From a virus, in IMG/VR virus record IMGVR_UViG_3300011563_000001, positions 1-44,214 of that record: 44,214 nucleotides of DNA. One strand, given 5' to 3'. Below are positions 15,821-25,242 of this stretch, one piece after another; within the stretch, counting starts at the first letter, position 1; each line of letters starts with the position of its first letter. Under the pieces are notes generated by a model. The model did not search any database. It saw nothing but the letters and a program-made list of their open reading frames with translations, and was not told the origin of the DNA. The position numbers and the translations under genes were made by a program.

Positions 15821-15869
15821 TGTTTCAAAAATAAACTAAGCAATTAGCATAAGGGCGTGATAATTTGAG

Positions 15870-16391
15870 ATGAAACTTACAATTAAACAACAAAAGTTTG
15901 TAGACGAGTATTTAATAAGTGGTAATGCAACTGATGCAGCCATTAAAGCTGGATATAGTAAAAAGTCGGCAAGACAAGTTGCAACAGAAAACTTGTCAAA
16001 ACCTTACATTTCAGATTATATCAATGAACGGTTACAAGAAGTGAAAAATAATAAGTTGATGTCTATTGAAGAAGCGATGTTAATATCATCTTCGTTAGCT
16101 AGAGGAGAAGTACAGAAAGCTTATACGAAGATACATGACCACTTAAAAGACGAAGTAGTTAAAGAGACTACTTACAACATAACGCCTAGTGTAGAAGAAA
16201 GACAACGTTCAATTGAACATATCTTAAAAATACATGGTGCATTTAATAAAGGTTTATCTAATAAAAAAATCGAAAAAGAAATCGAAATGATGAACAAGAA
16301 AATCGAACAAATGGATCGTGGAGATACAGCGCAAGAAGATAAGATTAAGCAATTACACGATGCTATAACGGATGTGATTAGAAATGACTAA
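15870..16391 (+). CDS. terS: Terminase small subunit (Terminase_2 type)
   Basis: The N-terminus LTIKQQKFVDEYLISGNATDAAIKAGYSKKSARQVATENL is typical of pac-type TerS. Confidence 0.85.
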   Translation: MKLTIKQQKFVDEYLISGNATDAAIKAGYSKKSARQVATENLSKPYISDYINERLQEVKNNKLMSIEEAMLISSSLARGEVQKAYTKIHDHLKDEVVKETTYNITPSVEERQRSIEHILKIHGAFNKGLSNKKIEKEIEMMNKKIEQMDRGDTAQEDKIKQLHDAITDVIRND

Positions 16392-17607
16392 TTTATCAGC
16401 ACTCTACACAGATAAGCAGATAAACATCCTTAAAGCAACTGAACGCAGAGATTGGTTCATGTTGATTAATCATGGTGCTAAACGTACAGGTAAAACAATA
16501 TTGAATAACGACTTGTTTCTACGTGAATTAATAAGAGTTCGAAAGGCAGCAGATGACGAAGGTGTAGAAACACCACAATATATATTAGCTGGCGCAACAT
16601 TAGGTACTATTCAGAAGAACGTATTAATAGAGTTGACTAATAAATATGGTATCGAATTTAAGTTTGATAAGTACAATTCATTTAATTTATTTGGTGTTCA
16701 AGTCGTTCAGACAGGACATAGTAAAGTGAGTGGTATTGGTGCTATACGTGGTATGACTGCTTACGGTGCATATATCAATGAAGCTTCACTAGCGCATGAA
16801 GAAGTATTTGATGAGATTAAATCAAGATGTAGTGGTAGTGGTGCAAGGATAATCGTCGATACTAACCCAGACCACCCAGAACATTGGTTATTGAAAGACT
16901 ATATTGAAAACAAGGAACCTAAAGCAGGTATATTAGAGTTCTCGTTTCAATTAGATGATAATACATTCTTGAATGAAAGATATAAAGAATCGATTAAAGC
17001 ATCAACGCCTTCTGGTATGTTCTACGAACGTAACATTAATGGTCAATGGGTATCTGGTGACGGTGTAGTGTATTCTGATTTCGATTTAGAATTAAACACT
17101 GTAACCGAAGAAGAACTAAACGATATTCCAATGAAAGAATACTTTGCTGGTGTTGACTGGGGATATGAACATTATGGATCTATCATCGTAATTGGTAGGA
17201 GTATAAAAGGTGATTTCTACTTAATTGAAGAACATGCACATCAATTTAAATTCATAGATGACTGGGTCGAGATAGCAAAAGGTATTGTCGAAAGGTACGG
17301 TAATATTAATTTTTATTGTGATACTGCTAGACCAGAATATGTAACTGAGTTTAGAAAGCATAGATTAAGAGCAATCAACGCAGACAAAAGCGTTATGTCT
17401 GGTATAGAGAACGTAGCAAAACTATTCAAGCAACGTAAATTAAAAGTCGTATATGAACAAATGGATAGATTTAAACAAGAAATATATAAGTATGTGTGGC
17501 ACCCGACTAAAGGAGAGCCAATAAAAGAATTTGATGATGTAATGGATAGTTTGCGTTATGCAATATATACACATCTAAAACCCGAGCGATTAAGGAGGGC
17601 TAATTAA
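16384..17607 (+). CDS. terL: Terminase large subunit
   Basis: 407 aa. It has a Walker A-like segment (INHGAKRTGKT), an ATPase and nuclease domain arrangement, and overlaps terS. Confidence 0.9.
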   Translation: MTNLSALYTDKQINILKATERRDWFMLINHGAKRTGKTILNNDLFLRELIRVRKAADDEGVETPQYILAGATLGTIQKNVLIELTNKYGIEFKFDKYNSFNLFGVQVVQTGHSKVSGIGAIRGMTAYGAYINEASLAHEEVFDEIKSRCSGSGARIIVDTNPDHPEHWLLKDYIENKEPKAGILEFSFQLDDNTFLNERYKESIKASTPSGMFYERNINGQWVSGDGVVYSDFDLELNTVTEEELNDIPMKEYFAGVDWGYEHYGSIIVIGRSIKGDFYLIEEHAHQFKFIDDWVEIAKGIVERYGNINFYCDTARPEYVTEFRKHRLRAINADKSVMSGIENVAKLFKQRKLKVVYEQMDRFKQEIYKYVWHPTKGEPIKEFDDVMDSLRYAIYTHLKPERLRRAN

Positions 17608-17609
17608 CA

Positions 17610-19004
17610 TTGTACAAAATTGCAGATGACATAAAAGAAAATGGTGTTTTACCTAAGCATATAGAAGCTATTATAGAGTCACATAAAGAAGATAGAGAAC
17701 GAATGATTAATCTGTATAACAGGTATAAGACTGATATAGATTATGTACCTATTTTCAGAAGACAACCTATTGAGCAAAAAGAAGATTTTGAGACTGGTGG
17801 GAACGTCAGAAGATTAGATGTTTCAATTAATAACAAATTGAATAACTCGTTTGATAGTGAAATAGTCGACACTCGAGTAGGATATTTACACGGGATACCA
17901 GTAACTTATGATTTAGATGAAAACTCAACTAAAAATGATAAGTTAAAAGAATTTATATCTAACTTTGTTATTAGGAATAATGTAGATGATGAAGATTCTG
18001 AAATGGGCAAAATGGCTGCGATATGTGGTTATGGCTCAAGACTCGCATATATCGACCGCGAAGGTAATATCAGAATTAAAAATATAGATCCATTTAACGT
18101 GGTTTTTATCGGAGAAGATATCACAGAACCTCAATACTCATTACGTTATTTCTTTGAAAAAGACGACGATAATAAAACAGAGTACGTTTACGCAGAGTTT
18201 TACGATGAACAATATTATTATGTGTTCAGAGGAGAAGGTATAGATGCGTTAAACGAAATCGGGAGATATGAACATCTATTTGAATATAACCCGTTGTTTG
18301 GAGTACCTAATAACAAAGAATTGATTGGCGATGCTGAAAAGGTTATCCATTTAATTGATGGTTACGACATAACAATGAGTGATGCATCTAGTGAGATAAG
18401 TCAAACGAGATTAGCTTATCTGGTATTACGTGGAATGGGTATGGATGAACAGATGATTCAAGAAACACAAAGAAGTGGTGCGTTTGAATTATTTGATAAA
18501 GATATGGATGTAAAGTATCTAACTAAAGATGTTAACGACACAATGATTGAGAATCATTTAGATCGTTTAGAAAAAAACATTATGCGCTTTGCAAAATCAG
18601 TCAACTTTAATTCTGATGAATTCAACGGAAATGTACCTATTATCGGTATGAAATTGAAGTTGATGGCACTAGAGAATAAGTGTATGACGTTTGAACGTAA
18701 AATGACTTCTATGTTGAGATATCAATTCAAAGTTATTATGTCAGCACTTAGACGTAAAGGATATAAATTAGATGAAGATAGCTATTTAGATATTATTTTC
18801 AAATTCACACGAAACATACCTGTAAATAAATTAGAAGAATCACAAGTACTAGTTAACTTAAGAGGTCAAGTATCTGAAAGAACAAGGTTAAGTCAATCTC
18901 AACTAGTAGATGATGTTCATTATGAATTACAAGAAATAGAGAAAGATGCATATGAGTTTGCAGACTCCACAAATGAAGTAGGTGGAGATAATGAAACAAG
19001 ATGA
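17610..19004 (+). CDS. Portal protein (SPP1 gp6-like)
   Basis: 464 aa. The call rests on position after terL and on size. Confidence 0.85.
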   Translation: MYKIADDIKENGVLPKHIEAIIESHKEDRERMINLYNRYKTDIDYVPIFRRQPIEQKEDFETGGNVRRLDVSINNKLNNSFDSEIVDTRVGYLHGIPVTYDLDENSTKNDKLKEFISNFVIRNNVDDEDSEMGKMAAICGYGSRLAYIDREGNIRIKNIDPFNVVFIGEDITEPQYSLRYFFEKDDDNKTEYVYAEFYDEQYYYVFRGEGIDALNEIGRYEHLFEYNPLFGVPNNKELIGDAEKVIHLIDGYDITMSDASSEISQTRLAYLVLRGMGMDEQMIQETQRSGAFELFDKDMDVKYLTKDVNDTMIENHLDRLEKNIMRFAKSVNFNSDEFNGNVPIIGMKLKLMALENKCMTFERKMTSMLRYQFKVIMSALRRKGYKLDEDSYLDIIFKFTRNIPVNKLEESQVLVNLRGQVSERTRLSQSQLVDDVHYELQEIEKDAYEFADSTNEVGGDNETR

Positions 19005-19908
19005 TATCGACAAAAGAATAGATAAACTTATTACTCAATCCGAAAAAGAAATTGAGAAGTTATTCTCTAATAGATTAAAAGTGATTAAAGCATTAATAGA
19101 AGATATGTTTGATAAATATGAAGGTAGTGAACCACATATTACTTGGACTAACTTTAATAAATACAACAGGCTCAATAAAGAACTGAAACGTATAAGTGAG
19201 ATGATGAATGATGATTACAAAATAGTTGCTAAGACTATTAAACAATCACAACAAAACGCTTATATCGAAAAGTATATGATGAGCCTGTTTTTATATGAAT
19301 TGGCTAGTCAAAGTGATATGCAAGTTAAAGTTCCTAGTGCAGAAGTTATACAGAAAGCAATAGAACAACCGATTGAATTCATTAAACTTGTACCTACATT
19401 ACAGAAACAACGTAATCAAGTACTAGAAAAGATACGTATGCACATCACGCAAGGCATTATGAGTGGCGAAGGTTACAGTAAGATAGCAAAAGCATTACGT
19501 GATGATATAGGAATGTCTATGGCTCAATCAAAGCGAGTTGCTAGAACCGAAGCAAGTCGTGCAATGAGTATAGCTGGTCAAGATAGTGCAATGAAAGCTA
19601 AAGAGAATGGCATTGGAATGACTAAGATGTGGAATGCTACTAAAGACACACGCACTCGTGATACACATAGACACTTAGACGGTCAGAAAAAGAAACTTAC
19701 TGAAACGTTTAAGTCTAGTGGGTGTGTAGGGTTATCTCCTAAAACGTTTATAGGTGTTTCTAGCGCAAAAGAAAACATCAATTGTAGATGTAAGCTAATG
19801 TATTTGATTGATGACGAAGTACCCGAAGTTATGCGCGTTAGAAATGATGACGGTAGTACGAGTGTTGTTGATTTTCAGACATATGAAAATTGGTTAAAAA
19901 CTAAATAA
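18982..19908 (+). CDS. Head morphogenesis protein (Mu F / SPP1 gp7-like)
   Basis: The motif WNATKDTRTRDTHRHLDGQ is typical of this family. An alternative start is the ATG at 18991. Confidence 0.85.
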   Translation: MEIMKQDDIDKRIDKLITQSEKEIEKLFSNRLKVIKALIEDMFDKYEGSEPHITWTNFNKYNRLNKELKRISEMMNDDYKIVAKTIKQSQQNAYIEKYMMSLFLYELASQSDMQVKVPSAEVIQKAIEQPIEFIKLVPTLQKQRNQVLEKIRMHITQGIMSGEGYSKIAKALRDDIGMSMAQSKRVARTEASRAMSIAGQDSAMKAKENGIGMTKMWNATKDTRTRDTHRHLDGQKKKLTETFKSSGCVGLSPKTFIGVSSAKENINCRCKLMYLIDDEVPEVMRVRNDDGSTSVVDFQTYENWLKTK

Positions 19909-19912
19909 AAGG

Positions 19913-20107
19913 GTGATTGATGTGGATATCAATGTAAAAGTTAATGTAGATGCTGATAAAGCTATTGAGAAGTTAGAAAGAATTAGAGATTTATATAAAG
20001 AAATAAATGAGTTATCAAAAGATGAAGTCAGTATTCAAATTTACCATATGAACAAAATTGGAAAAGAAAAAATAAGAACAGCGGAATTAAGGAATTTTAT
20101 GAATTAA
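19913..20107 (+). CDS. Hypothetical protein
   Basis: 64-aa ORF with a GTG start after AAGGG. Confidence 0.55.
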   Translation: MIDVDINVKVNVDADKAIEKLERIRDLYKEINELSKDEVSIQIYHMNKIGKEKIRTAELRNFMN

Positions 20108-20282
20108 CCCAAGCCGACAGTCGTGAGATTGCCGGTTATTTTTATGCGTTCATTTATCCAGGAAGGACAGTGATCTGTATATCTCGTTTATAGCAGACGT
20201 TAGCTATTTGACCTAAGCAAGTCACTAAAAGGCTCAATATGAACTTTATGGACTTTGTGTACATGAAGGTCAAAAAGGAGCA

Positions 20283-20873
20283 ATGAATATGAATATCGAA
20301 GAAGTAAAAGCATTTTTAGATGAAAATAAAGACTCAAACGAAGTTAAAGAGTATTTAAAAGGACTTAAAACGGTATCGGTAGATGACGTTAAAGGCTTTT
20401 TAGATACTGATGAAGGCAAGCGTTTTATTCAGCCAGAACTAGATAGATATCACACTAAAGGTCTAGAGTCATGGAAAGAGAAGAATCTTGAAAGCTTAAT
20501 TGACAAAGAAGTGCAAAAACGTAATCCAGAGCAGTCGGAAGAACAAAAGCGTATAAGCGCTCTTGAGAAGGAACTGGAGAAACGTGATGCAGAAGCAAAA
20601 CGTGAAAGAATTAAAAGTTTTGCATTAGGTAAAGCGCAAGAACTAAATATTCCATCTAGTTTAATAGATAACTTTTTAGGTGATACTGATGAAGAAACAG
20701 AACAAAACTTATCTTCATTAAAAGAAACATTTGATAAATATGTTCAAGACGGCGTTGAATCAAAATTTAAAAATGGCGGTCGTGATATTCGTAACAACGA
20801 AAATGATTTACCAGAATCAACAAGTGTTAAGTCTATTGAAGAAATGGCACAAGAAATTAGTTTAAGAAAATAA
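20283..20873 (+). CDS. Capsid scaffolding protein
   Basis: 196 aa, highly charged and helical, immediately upstream of the major capsid gene. Confidence 0.75.
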   Translation: MNMNIEEVKAFLDENKDSNEVKEYLKGLKTVSVDDVKGFLDTDEGKRFIQPELDRYHTKGLESWKEKNLESLIDKEVQKRNPEQSEEQKRISALEKELEKRDAEAKRERIKSFALGKAQELNIPSSLIDNFLGDTDEETEQNLSSLKETFDKYVQDGVESKFKNGGRDIRNNENDLPESTSVKSIEEMAQEISLRK

Positions 20874-20894
20874 TAAAAAGCGAGGTAATAAATT

Positions 20895-21821
20895 ATGGCA
20901 GTTCCAAATTACACACCAAGTAATGTAATTTTATCAGATTTTAAAAACGGGGTTATCCCTGCAGAACAAGGTTCATTAATTATGAAAGATATTATGGCTA
21001 ATTCATCAGTCATGAAACTAGCAAAGAATGAACCAATGACAGCACAAAAGAAAAACTTTACGTACTTAGCAAAAGGCGTAGGCGCATACTGGGTATCAGA
21101 AACTGAACGTATTCAAACTTCTAAACCAGAATACGCTCAAGCAGAAATGGAAGCTAAGAAAATCGGTGTTATCATTCCATTATCTAAAGAGTTCTTAAAA
21201 TGGACAGCAAAAGATTTCTTCAACGAAGTTAAACCTTTAATTGCAGAGGCATTTTATAAGAAGTTTGACCAAGCAGTTATTTTTGGTACTGAATCTCCAT
21301 ACAATACTGCAACAAGTGGTAAACCTTTAGTAGCTGGTGCAGAAGAAAAAGGAAACGTAGTAAATGATTCTAATGATTTATACGTTGATTTATCTGCTTT
21401 AATGGGAACTATCGAAGATGAAGAGTTAGATCCAAACGGAGTGTTAACTACACGTTCATTTAAAGCTAAAATGCGTAATGCTTTAGACGGAAACAAACAA
21501 CCATTATTCGATGCTAACGGTAATGAAATCATGGGCTTACCATTATCTTATACTGGTGCTGATGTGTTTGATAAAACTAAATCATTAGCATTAATGGGCG
21601 ACTGGGACTATGCACGTTACGGAATCTTACAAGGTATTGAGTATGCTATTTCAGAAGATGCTACATTAACAACATTACAAGCATCAGATGCATCTGGACA
21701 ACCAGTATCATTATTCGAACGTGACATGTTCGCATTGCGTGCTACTATGCATATTGCTTACATGAATGTTAAACCAGAAGCGTTTGCTTCACTTAAACCT
21801 GCAAAAGTTACAGAAGGATAG
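20895..21821 (+). CDS. Major capsid protein (HK97 fold)
   Basis: 308 aa. The call rests on position, size and composition. The RBS is GAGGT. Confidence 0.88.
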   Translation: MAVPNYTPSNVILSDFKNGVIPAEQGSLIMKDIMANSSVMKLAKNEPMTAQKKNFTYLAKGVGAYWVSETERIQTSKPEYAQAEMEAKKIGVIIPLSKEFLKWTAKDFFNEVKPLIAEAFYKKFDQAVIFGTESPYNTATSGKPLVAGAEEKGNVVNDSNDLYVDLSALMGTIEDEELDPNGVLTTRSFKAKMRNALDGNKQPLFDANGNEIMGLPLSYTGADVFDKTKSLALMGDWDYARYGILQGIEYAISEDATLTTLQASDASGQPVSLFERDMFALRATMHIAYMNVKPEAFASLKPAKVTEG

Positions 21822-21833
21822 GAGTGGTTATAC

Positions 21834-21977
21834 ATGAATAAGCAAGCTGAAGAAATAAAAGTAAAACGTGATGACCAAACTATTACGGTAACACGTAAAG
21901 CTTTCGATGCCTATTATAGCCATGTTGGTTATAAAGAGGTTAAATCAAGACGAACAACGTCTAAAAAGAGTGAGTGA
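21834..21977 (+). CDS. Small basic protein (47 aa), not in the ORF track
   Basis: The ATG at 21834 follows AGGAGTGG. The stop overlaps the next start. Confidence 0.45.
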   Translation: MNKQAEEIKVKRDDQTITVTRKAFDAYYSHVGYKEVKSRRTTSKKSE

Positions 21978-22333
21978 TGTTTATGTCTCTTTATGAAGAA
22001 ATAGAATTACTTCTTAATAAAAACGGAATAGAAATAAATCCGGATGAAAGAGAAGTATTCGAAATGGAAGTTGATGGGATACTCGAAGAGGTTAGAGATA
22101 TTACAAATAATGATTTTGTTAAAGATGGGCAAGTTGTATACCCATTTAAAATCAAAAAGTATGTTGCTGATGTCTTAGAGTATCAACAACGTCCAGAAGT
22201 AAGAAGGAATATTAAGTCAAGGAGTATGGGGACAGTATCGTACACATACAACGACGGTATTCCAGAATATATAACTGATGTATTAAAAAGGTATAAACGT
22301 GCTAAATTCCATGTTTATAAACCTTTAAGATAA
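21977..22333 (+). CDS. Head-tail connector (gp6-like)
   Basis: The call rests on position after the capsid gene and a size of about 118 aa. Confidence 0.65.
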   Translation: MFMSLYEEIELLLNKNGIEINPDEREVFEMEVDGILEEVRDITNNDFVKDGQVVYPFKIKKYVADVLEYQQRPEVRRNIKSRSMGTVSYTYNDGIPEYITDVLKRYKRAKFHVYKPLR

Positions 22334-22346
22334 TGGAGTGATTACA

Positions 22347-22646
22347 GTGACGTACAAAGTTATTAATTACTTCACTGACTTACAAGACGATAACCATGAA
22401 TATAACGTAGGTGACGTTTTCCCTCGTTTTGGTAAGCAAGTGAGTGAAGAAAGACTAACTGAATTATCCAACACATCTAATCGTCAAGGAAAGCCTTTAA
22501 TAGAACGTGTAGACGAGCAGTTAAGCTATTCTGATATGAATGTATCAGAACTTAAAAAACTCGCTAAAAAACTTGGTATTGAGGGCTATTCTAGTATGAA
22601 GAAAGCAAAGTTAATCGAAGTGTTAGAAGGTAATGATCATGTTTAA
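22347..22646 (+). CDS. Protein with a C-terminal Rho-N/SAP-like motif
   Basis: The motif MNVSELKKLAKKLGIEGYSSMKKAKLIEVLEG is Rho_N-like. The GTG at 22347 lies 8 nt after GGAG. The track start is 22338. Confidence 0.55.
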   Translation: MTYKVINYFTDLQDDNHEYNVGDVFPRFGKQVSEERLTELSNTSNRQGKPLIERVDEQLSYSDMNVSELKKLAKKLGIEGYSSMKKAKLIEVLEGNDHV

Positions 22647-22971
22647 TCCATACGACGAATACCCACATACAGTTGAATTAGGTTTCATTGAACAAGTAGG
22701 ACAGTATCCTAATATACAAGAGCGCTTTATAAGCGAAAAACCAATACAAGCATTTATGGATACACCTACGACGTCTGAAACGCTTAAATTTCATCAAATG
22801 GAACAATCAGTCGATATAAACATGTATACGCCTTACCTAACTAAATTTAACCCTAAAAAAGCACATTTCAGATATAACGGTAAAGTTTATCAATGCGTTG
22901 GTGACTTAGAAAATCAAGGTGGTATGAATGAAGTCCACAAAACACATTTAAAGGCGACACCATATGGCTAA
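22633..22971 (+). CDS. Head closure / head-tail adaptor protein
   Basis: The call rests on position and size (112 aa). Confidence 0.6.
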   Translation: MIMFNPYDEYPHTVELGFIEQVGQYPNIQERFISEKPIQAFMDTPTTSETLKFHQMEQSVDINMYTPYLTKFNPKKAHFRYNGKVYQCVGDLENQGGMNEVHKTHLKATPYG

Positions 22972-23377
22972 AGTTAAGTATGGTAATAATAACTTAGTTG
23001 TAGCATTAGAAGATTACCGTGAAGAAATGGAAGATTGGGTTAAAAAAGGTATAGCTAAAACAACACAGATGATATATAACACTGCAGTAGACTTAGCGCC
23101 AGTTGATACTGGATTCTTAAAAGAAAGCATTAGCTTTGATTATAAAGATGGCGGATTCACTGGTGTAGTCAATGTGGGAAGTGAATATGCATTGTATATC
23201 GAGTACGGGACAGGCATATATTCAATTGGACCTGGTGGTAGTCGTGCTAAAAAGATACCGTGGTCATATCAAGATGCAGATGGTAAATGGCATACTACTA
23301 AAGGTATGGAAGCACAACCTTTTTGGAATCCTGCTATTGATGCTGGTCGCAAAACATTTAGTAAGTATTTTTCATGA
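22964..23377 (+). CDS. HK97 gp10-family tail component
   Basis: The motif APVDTGFLKESI and the segment YALYIEYGTG are typical of the family. Confidence 0.75.
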   Translation: MAKVKYGNNNLVVALEDYREEMEDWVKKGIAKTTQMIYNTAVDLAPVDTGFLKESISFDYKDGGFTGVVNVGSEYALYIEYGTGIYSIGPGGSRAKKIPWSYQDADGKWHTTKGMEAQPFWNPAIDAGRKTFSKYFS

Positions 23378-23386
23378 GGTGATTAG

Positions 23387-23812
23387 ATGAGATGGGTATC
23401 AGTTGAACCTGAACTATTTGTAAAGATATATAACAATTTAAAAAGTAGCGCGACCATTGACATGTTAGTTGGTGGTCGCGTTTTTGATTGCGTTCAGAAA
23501 GACGTTGAATACCCATACATCGTGGTTGGAGAAACAAACGTCACTGAACGACCTTCAATGAATGGTATGAGAGAAACAGTTGCAGTCACATTGCATGTCT
23601 ATAGTCAAGCTACTACGAGCTATGAGACTAGGGACATATTGAAGTATCTCAACATTCTAGCAAGAGAGAACATAGACATAGAAGACTATGAATTAGATTG
23701 GGTTCAGAAAGATAACAGTGATGTGTTTATCGATATTGACCAATTCACAAAACATGGTGTTCTACGTCTTTTATTTAGATTTAGACACAAAACATTACAA
23801 GAAGGAGTGTAG
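23387..23812 (+). CDS. Tail completion protein
   Basis: The call rests on position immediately upstream of the major tail gene and a size of 141 aa. Confidence 0.6.
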   Translation: MRWVSVEPELFVKIYNNLKSSATIDMLVGGRVFDCVQKDVEYPYIVVGETNVTERPSMNGMRETVAVTLHVYSQATTSYETRDILKYLNILARENIDIEDYELDWVQKDNSDVFIDIDQFTKHGVLRLLFRFRHKTLQEGV

Positions 23813-23815
23813 AGT

Positions 23816-24340
23816 ATGAGTAATTACATTTTGGTTGTAGCGCCAGAAAAGAATTTGATTGGTTCAGAAGGTTATTTAGTCGCTGAACTTAAAGAAGGCG
23901 AATACAATGTTACGAATGAATTAAAAGAAAAACCAGTCGCTGGAAAAATGGACTATGACTATAGTGTTACTTCTGAGGAATACACGTTTACTAACGATAA
24001 GATTCCAGGAGATAAAGGGCAAGAACAATTCTTAACTGCTATTAAAAACAAAGAACAGATAAGAGTATGGAGAATTGAAAAGAAAAAATATGAAGAAGGA
24101 TATAAATCTGAATTCGCATATACGGTAGTTGAAGAATACGGTAACTCGTTTGACGACGAAGAGGATACTATCGAAGTAACCTTAAAAGTTAAATTTAATA
24201 CTGCTAAAGGAGTATTTGAAAATTTACCGGCATCATGGTTAGATCCATCTGCTGCTGCACCTAAAGTAGAATTTGAAAAACCAGGAGAATGGGATGGTAA
24301 ATTCGAAGAGCGTGAACAAGTAGCAGGTTCTGGTGCTTAA
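23816..24340 (+). CDS. Major tail protein
   Basis: It lies before the chaperone pair and is followed by a strong terminator or attenuator, as expected for a highly expressed gene. Confidence 0.7.
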   Translation: MSNYILVVAPEKNLIGSEGYLVAELKEGEYNVTNELKEKPVAGKMDYDYSVTSEEYTFTNDKIPGDKGQEQFLTAIKNKEQIRVWRIEKKKYEEGYKSEFAYTVVEEYGNSFDDEEDTIEVTLKVKFNTAKGVFENLPASWLDPSAAAPKVEFEKPGEWDGKFEEREQVAGSGA

Positions 24341-24341
24341 T

Positions 24342-24367
24342 AAGGGGTTAAGTCCCCTTATTTTTTT
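24342..24367 (+). terminator. Rho-independent terminator/attenuator after the major tail gene
   Basis: The stem is AAGGGG / CCCCTT with loop TTAAGT, followed by A and then TTTTTTT. Confidence 0.75.
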
Positions 24368-24393
24368 ATATCAAAATTAAGCGAGGTAATAAC

Positions 24394-24885
24394 ATGACAA
24401 ATGTATTTCAAGAAGAAAAATTCAATCCGATTACTGAATTAGAAATTGGAGATGTTAAGTATAAAGCTAAAGGTTCACTGGCGTTTGACCGTAAAGCAAA
24501 AGACTTTGCAACAAAAAATGAAGAAGGTAAAAAAGAAGGCACTGGTATACAAGCCATTTATAACGGTTTATTAAACCGTAATAGTGAATCGATTATTCAG
24601 TTTTGGATTTGTGCATTAGCACATAAAAAAGAATTGAAAGAAAAAGATATTGAAGAAGCAGTAGAAAAAATAATTGATGAAAAAGATGACACAATCGAAT
24701 TGTTACAAGGTGCTGTAACTGTATTAAATGACTCGGGTTTTTTCAAACAACAAATAAAAATGTTTTGGTTCCAGATGTCTCAAGCACACAAATTAGTGAA
24801 GGACGACGAGAAGGAAGAAGCCAAGAAAGCACACGAATTCATGAAAGAAACATACGTGATTCTAACGGGCAAGCAACCTTACTAG
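24394..24885 (+). CDS. Tail assembly chaperone, short form (gpG-like)
   Basis: 163 aa, immediately upstream of the tape measure gene. Confidence 0.8.
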   Translation: MTNVFQEEKFNPITELEIGDVKYKAKGSLAFDRKAKDFATKNEEGKKEGTGIQAIYNGLLNRNSESIIQFWICALAHKKELKEKDIEEAVEKIIDEKDDTIELLQGAVTVLNDSGFFKQQIKMFWFQMSQAHKLVKDDEKEEAKKAHEFMKETYVILTGKQPY

Positions 24886-25229
24886 ATTACGATGACATAC
24901 GTATACAAACTGCTCAATATCTAGGATATATCAGTGAAGACGAGTTATTTGCTATGACACCAAGAGAATGGCAATCGTGGATAAAAGGCGCAAGAGAACG
25001 TGAACTAGACAGTTTAGAACACAACTTGCATTTAGCTACTGCTACTGCCTTAGCACAAAACGGTAAAAAGTTAGGCAAATTACAAAAACAAATAGAAGTC
25101 TCTCGCAAGAAATTGTATCAAAACAATGATGAATTTAAAGCTGATAGAAAAGCAGAACTTGAACGCAAGAAGAATATAAGAGCAAGACAAATAGAAGATG
25201 CTGAAAAAATATTTGGTAAGAACATGTAG
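24394..25229 (+). CDS. Tail assembly chaperone, long form (gpGT-like) made by a -1 frameshift: join(24394..24741,24741..25229)
   Basis: The -1 frame is open from 24735 to 25229. It has no credible start of its own and ends just before the tape measure gene. Confidence 0.7.
24735..24741 (+). other. Slippery heptamer G_GGT_TTT for programmed -1 ribosomal frameshifting
   Basis: This is an X_XXY_YYZ pattern in the gpG reading frame (codons GGT at 24736 and TTT at 24739). Confidence 0.65.
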
Positions 25230-25242
25230 GGAGGGATAAATA

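Noticed and set aside
20108-20282. A 175-bp non-coding gap lies between the head-morphogenesis region and the scaffold gene, and could hold a terminator, promoter or sRNA.
   Set aside because: I could draw only a weak, bulged stem before the T-run and found no convincing promoter hexamers. The evidence is not enough to call a feature.
23172-23390. A 72-aa plus-strand ORF overlaps the gp10-like gene in another frame.
   Set aside because: It is nested within a supported gene and has no RBS. The next real gene starts at 23387 with a good RBS.
24765-25229. The -1 frame ORF could be an independent gene starting at the TTG at 24765.
   Set aside because: It has no RBS and lies entirely within or just after gpG. 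A canonical slippery heptamer lies 24 nt upstream. It is better explained as the GT frameshift extension.
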